A DNA stretch of 64,000 nucleotides. Origin: Candidatus Obscuribacteraceae bacterium (GTDB taxonomy: Bacteria > Cyanobacteriota > Vampirovibrionia > Obscuribacterales > Obscuribacteraceae). The notes under the pieces are model-generated. The model saw only the letters and a program-made list of their open reading frames with translations. It had not been told where the DNA came from and made no database searches. Shown in pieces: positions 1 to 10,151 of the stretch. The first letter of the stretch is position 1, and each line of letters opens with the position of its first letter. The translations under genes were made by a program, and so were the position numbers. Location of the stretch: NCBI GenBank assembly GCA_044226015.1, contig JBGAHS010000006.1, positions 96,001 to 160,000 of the forward strand, written 5' to 3'.

Positions 1-552
1 CTTGAGAATCTAGTTTTCTCCCTTGGTTCAGGACTTTCGAATCTTGGTAAAGGTATTCGAAGCCAGTTGGAAGCCGGTGCTCCCAGCTGTGAAGCGGTTT
101 CTTCTACTGCAGAAGCGGTTTCTTTCGTTGGGCAAGCGAGTTCTTCCACAGGTGAACCCAAACTGGAAGTGGCTTCTTACAGAGCTGGCGGATGTGTTCT
201 TTCGACTGGAGGAGGAATGCCAATATTTAATGACAACATTGCACTTCTTCAATCGTTCGCTACCCTTGTATACCTGACAGCGCCGCTTGAAGTTCTTGTT
301 ACACGAATAAAAACGAGCGAAAATCGTCCTTTGCTTTCCGGCTCTGAGACTAAAAGGCACGAGGTGACAGATAATGAGTTAATTTTGCGACTTGGCAAGC
401 TAATTGCTGAAAGAGAGAGCATTTACAACCTTGCCCGGTATAGAATTGACACGTCATCGTCCAGTCCAGAACAGCTAGCTGATGACATCATCGAAATGGC
501 GGGTCTCGTTTCGCAGCCCGCTGCTCAGGGTAGGATCATTCACGAGACGTGA
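1..552 (+). CDS. aroK: Shikimate kinase, 5'-truncated by window edge
   Basis: Frame 1 open from base 1; VLSTGGG, VYLTAPLEVLVTRI, RPLL, and ERESIY motifs; aroQ two genes downstream. Confidence 0.85.
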   Translation, partial: LENLVFSLGSGLSNLGKGIRSQLEAGAPSCEAVSSTAEAVSFVGQASSSTGEPKLEVASYRAGGCVLSTGGGMPIFNDNIALLQSFATLVYLTAPLEVLVTRIKTSENRPLLSGSETKRHEVTDNELILRLGKLIAERESIYNLARYRIDTSSSSPEQLADDIIEMAGLVSQPAAQGRIIHET

Positions 553-569
553 GCACGGAGGGTTAAGGC

Positions 570-1178
570 TTGACGGTCACCCAGGAAGAATTGATGTTTT
601 TGCAGTCCCAGCTGGAAGGGTTAGAATCCATCTTCCTGGAACTTATTCCATTTGGTGTTGAGCTCAAAAGACAGCACGTTCAAGATTACTACGAAAAACG
701 TTTTGATCAGGCTACACGACCAACTGCTAACGTGGCTGAAAATGAGCTGAAGCGTCAGTTCAACACGAAAGCTAACAACGTGAGAAATCTTGTGGATGCC
801 GCTGAGTCATTGGGCGACGCAGGCAACAAGTTGAACCTGATTCGTGCTGCGGCAACATTACCAGATGAGCGCACCAAACCTTTGAAAGGCAACATGGCTG
901 CAGTTTGCCAGAAATTGCTCTATGAAAATTCTCTTGACCAACAGTCTCTTGCCCAGGCGATGGCTAGTGGCGATCTCGCACATGTCGAAGCTCGTGTCTT
1001 GCTTGGTTCACTAATGTTTTTGATAGTTGATCAGTTGGAATGCAACGGGCAGCAAGTCTCGGTGCAAGAACTGCTCGGTAAAATAATTCAGTTCGTCAGT
1101 CAGCGAGGCATACTCGCTCGCAACGATCCATTTCTGATAGAAGCGCAATGTGCGCTTGAAGCAATGTCAGACGAATAG
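570..1178 (+). CDS. Hypothetical alpha-helical protein (202 aa)
   Basis: Long ORF, GGAGG RBS before TTG start, tightly spaced between aroK and aroQ. Confidence 0.75.
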   Translation: MTVTQEELMFLQSQLEGLESIFLELIPFGVELKRQHVQDYYEKRFDQATRPTANVAENELKRQFNTKANNVRNLVDAAESLGDAGNKLNLIRAAATLPDERTKPLKGNMAAVCQKLLYENSLDQQSLAQAMASGDLAHVEARVLLGSLMFLIVDQLECNGQQVSVQELLGKIIQFVSQRGILARNDPFLIEAQCALEAMSDE

Positions 1179-1208
1179 CATTTCGCCTAGATTGGAATTC
1201 CGGCTGCG

Positions 1209-1667
1209 ATGAGCACCAACCTGCCCTTAAAAATTCAAGTAATCAATGGACCGAATCTCAACTTGCTTGGGAAGAGGGAACCAGATCTCTATGGAGCCGT
1301 TACCCTGGATGACATCAGTCGTGGTCTGGCTGACTGTGCGCGAGAGCTGAATATAGAAATTCAGTTTTACCAGTCGAATATCGAAGGTGAACTCGTCACA
1401 ATGGTTCAGAAAGCACGCGAAAGAGGCATTGATGGCATCCTCATAAACCCGGGTGCTTATACGCACACATCCATTGCCATTCGCGATGCACTACTGGCGG
1501 TGAACATTCCTTTTGTCGAGGTGCATGTCACCAATACTTTTTCCCGCGAGTCGTTCAGGCAGCAGAGCTACTTGTCAGACGTCGCGGCGGGCGTAGTTGT
1601 TGGCTTCGGACCTCAGGGCTATGAACTAGCTCTGCTTGGACTTGTAGGGCGTCTCAAGTCGCGCTGA
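1209..1667 (+). CDS. aroQ: Type II 3-dehydroquinate dehydratase
   Basis: NGPNLNLLGKREPDLYG, QSNIEG, INPGAYTHTSIAIRDA, EVH motifs. Confidence 0.97.
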   Translation: MSTNLPLKIQVINGPNLNLLGKREPDLYGAVTLDDISRGLADCARELNIEIQFYQSNIEGELVTMVQKARERGIDGILINPGAYTHTSIAIRDALLAVNIPFVEVHVTNTFSRESFRQQSYLSDVAAGVVVGFGPQGYELALLGLVGRLKSR

Positions 1668-1682
1668 TTCTAAATTTTAAAA

Positions 1683-1732
1683 GAATAAGCCGGAGGGTAC
1701 TGCAATCCAGAACAGCTCCCTACGGCTCATTC
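1683..1732. terminator. Possible terminator hairpin between convergent genes
   Basis: Imperfect inverted repeat AGCCGGAGGG...CCCTACGGCT with a large loop. Confidence 0.35.
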
Positions 1733-1795
1733 GCATTTGTTTCATCGCATGAGAACAGTCTAGGCTGCGCAGGTAAAGAAGTTGTGGAAGGAGAA

Positions 1796-3178
1796 TCAAG
1801 CGCTTCTTAAATTTGCTTCTTCCGAACTACTGAATTTTCGCTGGAGGGCAACAAAGCGTGAGTGTCCTGATTGGCGATGTGAAGCTTGCGACAACTGCTT
1901 ACAAGCAAGCTGTTCGTTAGAGATATCCTTGCCGGACCTCAGTCCAGCTCGGCGAAGCGCTGAGCGTGCGCCACCCGTACCGGTCTGATTTACAAGATCG
2001 CAAACAAGAGCTATGCCGAGTTCACTCTTAAAGCCAAATTCTTGAGCAAGCTTGATAGATGATTTGACGAATTGCCTGGCAAGTTCAACCTGGGTGGCTT
2101 GCATTGCTTTATTGTGCAGAGCTTTGTCCATGCGCGTCATCAGATCTGGATCTGCCGACATGTTGTAGTTCCTTACCCAGGACTCCGAGCAGAGTTTGTC
2201 GCTATATTTCTCGCCGAATATCTCATTGAATTCACGGGGATTCTTTGATTGCCATGCCTTCAGAAGTGTTGGCAGTTCGCCCACTTTCTGGTTCCATTGT
2301 CTGATGCCAATTGAAATGCCATAACCGCAATCGTTTCGATTTAGGGAGACAAAATTGCCTTCATTGCCACTGACTGCGTGAACTACCTGGTCAATGAACT
2401 GTTTCTGATTCAGATGATCGCTGAGCTTCGAATTTGCAGATCCCTTGCTCTGTAATTCCTTTCTGTATCTTGCGAAGATTGAACTGCGTTCGCCACCGGC
2501 TCCCGAAAATCCTGACCCATCTGACGAACGAAGCCCAACGTGATCAGAATATCTTGAACTTGGAATTTGCAAAGAGTCAGTGCTCAATATCATTGGCGGT
2601 GGCATTTCGCTATTGAAAATACTCTGCCAGTTTTGGGTATAGCTTGCATCAGGGTTGTGCATGTGAAGATAAGAAATCACATCTCGCAATGCTGCTTTTT
2701 GTTCAGGACTGAGAGTATTGCTGTCTTTATCGTATTCAAATGAAATTAGCACTCTAGGATTTATGGTCCCTTCGAGCTGGGCAGTACGTAAAGGATTAAG
2801 CTCAATGCTGCCATCTCTGCGTATAATCAAATCTGAATTTTTGTCTCTGCTTGATTCTTCAAGATCTTCAGCATTTTCCAGAAGTGTCTGAACCTTCTCA
2901 ACTTGCTGCTTTTGCAAGGCGAGGTCAAGAATCTCAAAGCGCTCAGCCGAGGAACTTGCACTCTTTATTGTGAATCTGTTCTCTGGTACTGCCTGCGGTG
3001 CCAGAAATGTTAATTCCGGCAAGGCATTTCTAGCCGAATCATTAGATTCGGAATGAGTCTCATGACTGAAAGCTTGTTTTAGTCCAAGCAAACCAACTGC
3101 GGTTTGCTCCAATGAGTTGAGAATATGTTGAAACGAGGAATCACGATGTTTTTCCGAACCAAAAATATCTGCAGCCAA
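1796..3178 (-). CDS. Putative peptidoglycan hydrolase: degenerate amidase_2-like middle domain plus C-terminal lysozyme-like domain
   Basis: IIRRDGSIE...LSPEQKAALRDVISYL resembles the T7-lysozyme/PGRP fold; VSGNEGNFVSLNRND-GYGISIGIRQWN resembles lysozyme-superfamily catalytic region. Confidence 0.55.
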   Translation of the reverse strand: MAADIFGSEKHRDSSFQHILNSLEQTAVGLLGLKQAFSHETHSESNDSARNALPELTFLAPQAVPENRFTIKSASSSAERFEILDLALQKQQVEKVQTLLENAEDLEESSRDKNSDLIIRRDGSIELNPLRTAQLEGTINPRVLISFEYDKDSNTLSPEQKAALRDVISYLHMHNPDASYTQNWQSIFNSEMPPPMILSTDSLQIPSSRYSDHVGLRSSDGSGFSGAGGERSSIFARYRKELQSKGSANSKLSDHLNQKQFIDQVVHAVSGNEGNFVSLNRNDCGYGISIGIRQWNQKVGELPTLLKAWQSKNPREFNEIFGEKYSDKLCSESWVRNYNMSADPDLMTRMDKALHNKAMQATQVELARQFVKSSIKLAQEFGFKSELGIALVCDLVNQTGTGGARSALRRAGLRSGKDISNEQLACKQLSQASHRQSGHSRFVALQRKFSSSEEANLRSA

Positions 3179-3441
3179 TAAACCTGCGCTCTAAATGTCT
3201 GCCAACCTTACTCCAATGGATATATAGCCCAAAATCATAATTTACTAATATGGGAAAATTACGTAAGTGTAATGAATATCGCCTTCAAATATTAAATCCT
3301 GCAATTACCCGTGGTTGAATGGTTCCGGGAACCGAGTCTTTCTAGCCTTAGTCCGCGCTAGGGTGCTAAAGGTTCAGACCAGTTATAATCAACAACTGGT
3401 GTAAAGCGGCATGAGAGCCGGTAGTTCTGGAGGCCAGATTC

Positions 3442-4479
3442 ATGTTTAAGACCAACTGTACACTCTCTAGTGTCATGTTGAATGCAGTTTTTATAGGGCT
3501 GTCAACAATCGTAGCCCTGGCTCCGCTCGCTCAGGCGGAAGATGCCGCCCCGGCAGATGCCAGCGCTGGCGCAAGTACAGCTGCTAGCACGAGTAGTGAG
3601 GAAACTCCGGCCCCTGAAAAGTCTAAGAAGGCGAAGAAAGAAAAGAAAGACTCGAAATCGTGGAATGGTCAGTGGCCCAAGAAAGGCGATGCTGCAGATA
3701 AGGGTTCGGAAGCTGCAGTGATAAACAGAGAAAACGGGGAAGAACCCGAAATTAAAACGGATGCAGATAAGAGACCTGACAAAGACGAAAAGAAAGAGTC
3801 AAAAGCTGGGCTTGATCCCAATCGGCCCTTTAACCCGGAAGCTATCAAAGAGTACAACCAGGGCGTTGAGTTTCAACAACAAGACATGTTGAATCAGGCA
3901 ATTCAAAAATACAAGCATGCAATCGAACTCGATGAGAGGCTAGAGAGAGCCTGGTGTAATCTCGGTTTGATCTATACCTCGCAGAGAAATTTCAGCAAAG
4001 CAAATGATGCGTTCAAGAAAGCTCTTGTACTAAAACCAAACAATCCTTATTCGCTAAACGGCATGGGAAGCGTACTTTACTCGAAGAATAAACTGCCGGA
4101 AGCGATGGAAAAATGGCAAAAAGCTATTGAAGTCGACCCCAATTTCTTCTCTGTTTATTTCAATATGGGTAATGCCTGGGACAACGAAAAGCAGTTCGAG
4201 AAAGCTCTAGATAACTACGTTATGACCATCAAAACGAATGGTCAAATGGCTGAACCCTATTACAAGATTGGTTTGATCTTCGAAAAGCAAAAGCACACCG
4301 CGCAGGCCCAAGCAATGCTAAATCGCGCGATACAGCTTAATCCTGAGGGCGAATTCGTTGCTGATGCTAAGCGCCAATTAGCCGCGCTTGATGGAGTAAT
4401 GGGCAAAGACGAAGGCACCGATGGTGATATCAAAATGCGAGTTTTGGCTCCGCCAAGTCCTGAAGAAAGCAACAAGTAA
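3442..4479 (+). CDS. Exported TPR-repeat protein
   Basis: Signal peptide ending AQA; charged linker; about 5 TPRs (AWCNLG, SLNGMG, VYFNMG, PYYKIG). Confidence 0.85.
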   Translation: MFKTNCTLSSVMLNAVFIGLSTIVALAPLAQAEDAAPADASAGASTAASTSSEETPAPEKSKKAKKEKKDSKSWNGQWPKKGDAADKGSEAAVINRENGEEPEIKTDADKRPDKDEKKESKAGLDPNRPFNPEAIKEYNQGVEFQQQDMLNQAIQKYKHAIELDERLERAWCNLGLIYTSQRNFSKANDAFKKALVLKPNNPYSLNGMGSVLYSKNKLPEAMEKWQKAIEVDPNFFSVYFNMGNAWDNEKQFEKALDNYVMTIKTNGQMAEPYYKIGLIFEKQKHTAQAQAMLNRAIQLNPEGEFVADAKRQLAALDGVMGKDEGTDGDIKMRVLAPPSPEESNK

Positions 4480-5048
4480 TGGTCGAATTTGCTGAAAAAC
4501 AGCGAGAGATTGCCTCTCTCATCGATGGGGAGGTTATCGATGATAGTGACCGCGTTGCCGTTTGCATCAAAGGAACTGTCAACGGGTTTCCGGCTCAGCT
4601 TGAAACCTTTATGACCGGCTGGCCTTTTAACGTGACTTATGTGGTCGAAAGCAACAAGGAGCGACCTGAAGACTTCGACCCGCAGGATGGAGCAAAAATC
4701 TCAGTTCTGCCTCGCTTGGGTCAGGGGCTCTGGGGCATTTTTACTCATATCTTTTTGTTCGAAAGCAAAGGCATGTCCATTAGCGACAAGAAGCTCGAGA
4801 AGAAGCTGATTTTTAGTTATGACCTGCGCGACCCAACGTTGCGCTTGCTCAAATATCCTGGAGTCGGCGAGAGCTTGCTTGTGCTCGAGGAAGATTGCAA
4901 ATTGAAGGAAATGACCATTAAAACCAATGCTGGTCTATATTTCATTCAAGGAACCACTTTCGATCAACTGGATACGGACTTGTGCCATGCCACTTTTAAT
5001 TACCTGGGGCAGATGGCTCAGGTTATGGCAGAGCTCTTTAATTCATAA
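4479..5048 (+). CDS. Hypothetical protein (189 aa)
   Basis: TAATG coupling to upstream TPR gene; long ORF. Confidence 0.75.
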   Translation: MVEFAEKQREIASLIDGEVIDDSDRVAVCIKGTVNGFPAQLETFMTGWPFNVTYVVESNKERPEDFDPQDGAKISVLPRLGQGLWGIFTHIFLFESKGMSISDKKLEKKLIFSYDLRDPTLRLLKYPGVGESLLVLEEDCKLKEMTIKTNAGLYFIQGTTFDQLDTDLCHATFNYLGQMAQVMAELFNS

Positions 5049-5177
5049 ATAGTCGGCGTATTTTATCCAACAAAAACGTTCACAAAAGCGCATTAATTCA
5101 AGCGTTCAGTTATTACTTTCAGACTTTAGGGTATAAAAATAATACGGGTTTAATTTACTGGTTCAGGAGACAAATGA

Positions 5178-5567
5178 ATGGTTAGCGCCACCTGGAAAAT
5201 TAAGCGATCGGGCACTAAAGCCTGGCGTATGAAAGTTGTTGAAATTGAAAGCAAGCGTGAAGTAGATGATTCAACCGAGCAGCATTACCAGGAAGCCCTT
5301 CACGCTGCAGCGCAGGCTTGCGGCTCTGACCACCCCGAAGTGGCTGAGGCAGCTGGGTATTTAGCCGACCTCTACATGTTCTTAGAGCGGTATGGCGAAG
5401 CTGAAGCTCTCTACAGGCGCGCTCTGAAGATCTATAAGAATACCCTGGGCGATGAGCATATGATTTACTCGATGGCTTTGCGCAACCTGGCAGTAGTTCT
5501 GGAAGTGCGGGGGAAAGCTGATGAAGCCAAACGCTTGCGTTATGAAGCACGAGGCATATTCGGCTAG
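5178..5567 (+). CDS. Small TPR protein (kinesin-light-chain-like repeats)
   Basis: GSDHPEVA...LADLY...EAEALYRRAL...LGDEH; AGGAG RBS. Confidence 0.85.
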   Translation: MVSATWKIKRSGTKAWRMKVVEIESKREVDDSTEQHYQEALHAAAQACGSDHPEVAEAAGYLADLYMFLERYGEAEALYRRALKIYKNTLGDEHMIYSMALRNLAVVLEVRGKADEAKRLRYEARGIFG

Positions 5568-5597
5568 TCTGTCCAAAATCCAAATAAGCTATTAAAT

Positions 5598-5627
5598 AGA
5601 AGGAGCACGATTTCTCGTGCTCCTTCT
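5598..5627. terminator. Bidirectional intrinsic terminator
   Basis: Perfect 13-bp stem AGAAGGAGCACGA-TTTC-TCGTGCTCCTTCT with A/T-rich flanks between convergent genes. Confidence 0.85.
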
Positions 5628-5650
5628 TATTTTGGCGATCTGAAGTCCGC

Positions 5651-6661
5651 TTAGTTGAGATAGGCGTCCAGGTTACGTATACGGCTGTGTTTACGCAGCT
5701 TGTACATCGCTCTCTGTTCTACCTGCCTAATTCTTTCTCTGGAGAAACCGAGAATCTTTCCGGATTGCTCCAGTGAAAGAGGTTCGCCGGTTTCAAGTCC
5801 GAAACGAAGTTTGATAACTGCTTTCTCGCGTTCTGCGAGGCAATCGAGCAATTCATTTATATCTTCACTCATCATGTGGGATGCAGCTTCAAGTTCGGGC
5901 TGTCTTGAGCCTTCGTCTTCGATCACTTCTCCAAGTGGAGTGTCATATTCATCACGTACTGCTGTATCAAGTGAGACTAAATCACTAGCGGCTTCCAATG
6001 TAAGCAAGAGTTTCTTCTTGCTCCATTTGGATTCCTCTGCAATTTCATCAATTGTTGGCTGGCGGCCCATTTTCTCGCGCATGTCGCGAATCAATTTTCG
6101 CAGTTTGCTCATCTGCTCGTGCATGTGCACTGGGATTCGGATTACTCGAGATTTGTCGGTCAAGGCACGTGTGATGCCTTGTCTTACCCACCAGGTCGCG
6201 TAGGTCGAGAATTTATATCCTTTCTCAGGGTCAAACTTCTCTACCGCTCTCATCAAGCCAAGGCTGCCTTCTTGAATGAGATCGAGTAATGGAAGTCCGC
6301 GGTTCATATATCGTCGAGCGATGCTTACGACCAGGCGTAAATTGCTCTGAACCAATTTCTGCTTAGCAGCTTTGTCTCCAGCTCGAGCTTGTCGAGCTAA
6401 CTCGATCTCTTCGTGTCCTTTTAATAGCTTATGGCGATTGATTTCGCGCAAGAATGATTTGATTGAGTCTTCGTCTCCAGGACGACGCTCAACCGAAACC
6501 TGTTCAACTTCTTGATCAGCAGATACGCCATCTTCCAGAACTTCACCTGCCAAATCACCTAACTCTTCCACTTCCGGATTAGCAGCGAATTTCTTCTCTT
6601 CGTTTTTCACCGGACGTAATTGTTTTGGTTTGATAGCTCTTGCTGTATTCTTGCTGGCCAT
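5651..6661 (-). CDS. RNA polymerase sigma-70 factor, RpoD/SigA family (probably group 2)
   Basis: [40 protein letters not shown], region 4 SRERIRQVE. Confidence 0.93.
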   Translation of the reverse strand: MASKNTARAIKPKQLRPVKNEEKKFAANPEVEELGDLAGEVLEDGVSADQEVEQVSVERRPGDEDSIKSFLREINRHKLLKGHEEIELARQARAGDKAAKQKLVQSNLRLVVSIARRYMNRGLPLLDLIQEGSLGLMRAVEKFDPEKGYKFSTYATWWVRQGITRALTDKSRVIRIPVHMHEQMSKLRKLIRDMREKMGRQPTIDEIAEESKWSKKKLLLTLEAASDLVSLDTAVRDEYDTPLGEVIEDEGSRQPELEAASHMMSEDINELLDCLAEREKAVIKLRFGLETGEPLSLEQSGKILGFSRERIRQVEQRAMYKLRKHSRIRNLDAYLN

Positions 6662-6791
6662 TTTCTGTCCTACCTAGTTTTTCAGTGAATGAAGGAATCA
6701 CAAGCCCTTCTCAGGGGAGACCTCAAGCCGGAGCCCCAGGTTTTGCCTGGATATACTCTCAGTTGTCCGATCACCACTCTTCACAGAAACT

Positions 6792-6819
6792 TTTGACGCT
6801 TCCAGAGGGGTGAGGTTCC
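6792..6819 (-). promoter_or_regulatory. Putative ECF-sigma promoter upstream of the sigma-70 gene
   Basis: Minus strand GGAAC-N17-GTCAAA about 130 bp upstream of the start codon. Confidence 0.45.
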
Positions 6820-6924
6820 CCAAATCTTGTTAAGGGAAAGTGAAGAGTATAGAAAACAAGAACCGAAATTTGGGCGTTTCCAGGCATCGAGAATTCAATG
6901 GCTGGGTAATACTAGAGGTAAGTC

Positions 6925-8793
6925 TTGCAGTCGGGGAGTTGTGTGGGAAATTTATCAGACTACATTAAATCTGGAGACGATGCGCTGTCAGAAAATCGTC
7001 TAGCTGATGCTGAGCAAAATTTCGAGAAAGCGCTTGCCAGCTCGACTTCAGAAGCAGAACGTCAGCAGGTGATCGAATGTCTGTTTCGGCTTGCAAATGC
7101 ACATTTTAGTTTGGATCAAGCGGATAAGCCTGAACTTCTTTTCGCGCTAATTGGAAAAGCGAATTTCGACGACAAAGTTGTGTTGCTTGAATCTCTAGCG
7201 AGAGTTCATCAAAAGAGAAACGATATGAGCAAAGCAGAGAAAGTATACTGCGACCTGTTTGAATTGCGGGCACGTACACTTGGTCCGGCGCACCCCGAGA
7301 CGATATCAACATTAAAGACTGCAGCTTTATTCCGACAGTTTCAGGGACTTCCTGCTAATGATCTCTTTGCAAAAGCGACAGCGTTAGCAAAAGAAATCGG
7401 ACTGAGCATTCCCTTGCCACAGAGCAGTGCCATCGCGAACGCATCCCCAACAAATACGCAAAGTGAACAAAATAAGACTGATTCAGCGAAGTCCAAAACT
7501 GAACAGCCAGACGCGTCTCAGGGTCCTGTTCCGCGCGATAATCCGCACGTAGCAGCTGAGCTAAAGCCAGAGGATCTTGTTAGAGATGCAAGGAAAAAAT
7601 CAGGTGCGAAGAAATCAACTCTTTATTTGCTGGATGAACTTATTGTTCATCAAGGACGAAGCGAGCCAATTTCAAACGCTGACAATGTTCAAGAACTCAC
7701 TACCGATGAGATGCCTGACTTCGCCGAGTCAAGCTTGAACCTCAAGGCGAGCTTGCAGGAACTCCTGAAAGAATGGGAGCCTTACTGCAACATGCTTACT
7801 AAGCAGCTTGTGAAACTGTTGCAGCAAAACACGTCGCCTTCGTATAGACAGGTATTGAATAAGCTCACCACTCTACTAACAGAGAAAACAGCCAAGCTGG
7901 TTGATCTCGATTACCCGTTTTTGCAAGCGAAGAGAAAACCTGCCGATCGATACTTGGATTGGAGTATCGTGCAAGAGCTCGTTCCTGTCTATTCAGCGTA
8001 TGATGGAACGTGGGGCACTTATCCTTTCGAAATTGGCATGATCTATTCATGTTTGCGGCGTGCATTTGAGTTGGGTCCGTTGCACGTGGACACCCTGCAG
8101 AGTCTTTATCGACTGGCACATATCTACACCAACGAAATGTTCGGCTGTTACGATCTAGAATTTGCTGCGTCAACATTCAAAATGTGCGTCATGGCCTTTA
8201 GAGAACATCCAGAAATAGATGAACTTAGCAAAGTAAGATGTCGCACCAGTCTAGCTAATGTATTGATGGCACAGGACAGATTGAGTGAAGCCAAGGCTGC
8301 TCTCAAAGACGCAATTAAAGTTGCTGATGCTTTAGATGCACAACTCGGAAAGCAAGAACTCTTAAGCATCCTGAAAATTCTTGCTGAATGCACCGCAAAA
8401 CTGGGTGATTACGAAACCGCAATTGGCGTTTGTGAAAGGATGAGAGGGTTTCAGGAGTCGATTGCTCGGGACGCAGAATTGTTCGAGACACTCATTCAAC
8501 TAGTTCATAACTATGGAAAAATTGGTGATAACGCGCAGGTTACGGCTTGCCTGCAGAAAATTCAGGCTGAATTGGATTTCTTTGAAGACCCAAATCCAAT
8601 GCGTGAGATAGTGGCACTCAAAGCTGAAGATCAGGGCGAATATTTTCTGGCAGAGAAAATGTTGAACGATATTATGGCGAACTGCAAACCTTACGATGCT
8701 GTTGCGGGTAGAGTTGCTTCAATTCTGATTCGCATATACGATAAGACTGGTCGCAATGAGCTGGCTGCCCGCTTGAGAGGAAGCCACGCATGA
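6925..8793 (+). CDS. TPR-containing protein (622 aa)
   Basis: N- and C-terminal TPR-like helices (LGPAHPETI, LGPLHVDTL) separated by a low-complexity linker. Confidence 0.8.
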   Translation: MQSGSCVGNLSDYIKSGDDALSENRLADAEQNFEKALASSTSEAERQQVIECLFRLANAHFSLDQADKPELLFALIGKANFDDKVVLLESLARVHQKRNDMSKAEKVYCDLFELRARTLGPAHPETISTLKTAALFRQFQGLPANDLFAKATALAKEIGLSIPLPQSSAIANASPTNTQSEQNKTDSAKSKTEQPDASQGPVPRDNPHVAAELKPEDLVRDARKKSGAKKSTLYLLDELIVHQGRSEPISNADNVQELTTDEMPDFAESSLNLKASLQELLKEWEPYCNMLTKQLVKLLQQNTSPSYRQVLNKLTTLLTEKTAKLVDLDYPFLQAKRKPADRYLDWSIVQELVPVYSAYDGTWGTYPFEIGMIYSCLRRAFELGPLHVDTLQSLYRLAHIYTNEMFGCYDLEFAASTFKMCVMAFREHPEIDELSKVRCRTSLANVLMAQDRLSEAKAALKDAIKVADALDAQLGKQELLSILKILAECTAKLGDYETAIGVCERMRGFQESIARDAELFETLIQLVHNYGKIGDNAQVTACLQKIQAELDFFEDPNPMREIVALKAEDQGEYFLAEKMLNDIMANCKPYDAVAGRVASILIRIYDKTGRNELAARLRGSHA

Positions 8794-9326
8794 GTTTCAA
8801 TGTTGCAGCGATTGACGTCGAGCTCTATAAGACAGGTTTTCTCTATTTGCCAAATACAGCAAAGCACAATAGCTTTGCTGATCAATTGGATGAGGCAAAT
8901 GGAATTTTGAAGCAGTGCATCGACGAGTGCCAAATCACCAGGTTCTCTGCTGATATCGTCGTTCCTGACAAACCTCTGTTCGATGGCTGGGCTGGGGCAA
9001 TTCCAGATCTCGCTCTCGTAAAAGAATGCCTGAATTTCTTGCGCAATCTGCAGTATTCCAAGGCTTCAAAAGAGCACCGCCCGTGGTGGATAAGGCAATC
9101 GTCACTCAATATTGCTATTGCCGAACCCGATGAACTGAAGAAATTTACTCAAGATGTACATGAATGCAAGTTTTTTGAGATTTTCCTGGCAAATATAATC
9201 AGCAAAAACACGGCAAAGGATTTTGTCGAGTTAGGGCAGTTTTTGGAATTGAGCGCGGTGAATGATTGTATGCTTTTTGCGTGGAAGGCAAAGCCGAACG
9301 CAGAATCCCATAAACCTGCAAATTAG
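8790..9326 (+). CDS. Hypothetical protein (178 aa)
   Basis: ATGA overlap with upstream gene. Confidence 0.7.
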   Translation: MSFNVAAIDVELYKTGFLYLPNTAKHNSFADQLDEANGILKQCIDECQITRFSADIVVPDKPLFDGWAGAIPDLALVKECLNFLRNLQYSKASKEHRPWWIRQSSLNIAIAEPDELKKFTQDVHECKFFEIFLANIISKNTAKDFVELGQFLELSAVNDCMLFAWKAKPNAESHKPAN

Positions 9327-9488
9327 TTAGTTGGAAGCAGCTATAAGGAGAAGCCTACCAGTCAATTCAGACAATTTTGGACGAGTGTAGCAAAACAGAC
9401 AAGAAAAAAGCTGCAAGCTTTCTTAGAGATTCTAGAACTTATTTTTCTCATGGGGATATACTTAGCCGTAATATCGCAGATAGATTCT

Positions 9489-10151
9489 ATGCAAAAGATC
9501 ATAATTTTTGGTGCGTCCTCGCTTAGTAAAATCGTCTACCAGCACATCATGGACGCGGGAAGTCATGATGTGGCTGCTTTTGTAGTTGATGACAATTTTC
9601 GCGATTCCGACTCTTTTTGCAATCTGCCTTTGGTCGCATTGGACGGACTTGCGGCGGCATATCCTCCCACTAAGTTTCATGCTTTGGTCGCTGTTGGCTA
9701 CAATCAGCTTAATCTGGTGCGAAAGAGGAAGTTTGAAGAGCTTAAATCTCTCGGTTATGAGTTTGCAAATTTTATCCATCCGAGCAACCTGATTTCGTCT
9801 GCTGCGGTGATTGGAGAAAACGTTATCATGATGGAAAGCAACATCATTCAGCCGTTTTCAGTTGTGGGCGACAACGTGTTGATGTTTTCAAATAACATCG
9901 TGGGTCACGGTGTGACACTAGGCAAGCACTCTTTTCTTAGCTCTAGAGTCACTCTTAGTGGTGACGTTCGCGTGGGAGAAAGATGCTTCTTTGGTGCGAA
10001 CTCCGGTGTTGAAGTCGGTGGTGCACTCGGTGAAAATTGCATTTTAGATGCATTTGCATGGGTGAGCGACATCTCTGCAAACGATTGTGTTTATCAGCAT
10101 GGCAAGAATAACTTGCGAAAAATACCAAGCAGTAAGGTGAAACTAAAGTGA
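9489..10151 (+). CDS. Sugar O/N-acyltransferase, NeuD/PglD-like hexapeptide-repeat family
   Basis: IIIFGAS N-terminus, AVGYNQLN..RKRKF, FIHPS, hexapeptide repeats, VGHG. Confidence 0.88.
   Translation: MQKIIIFGASSLSKIVYQHIMDAGSHDVAAFVVDDNFRDSDSFCNLPLVALDGLAAAYPPTKFHALVAVGYNQLNLVRKRKFEELKSLGYEFANFIHPSNLISSAAVIGENVIMMESNIIQPFSVVGDNVLMFSNNIVGHGVTLGKHSFLSSRVTLSGDVRVGERCFFGANSGVEVGGALGENCILDAFAWVSDISANDCVYQHGKNNLRKIPSSKVKLK

Noticed and set aside
5700..6203. 167-aa plus-strand ORF and many similar 60-170 aa ORFs
   Set aside because: Antisense or alternate-frame shadows of well-supported genes.
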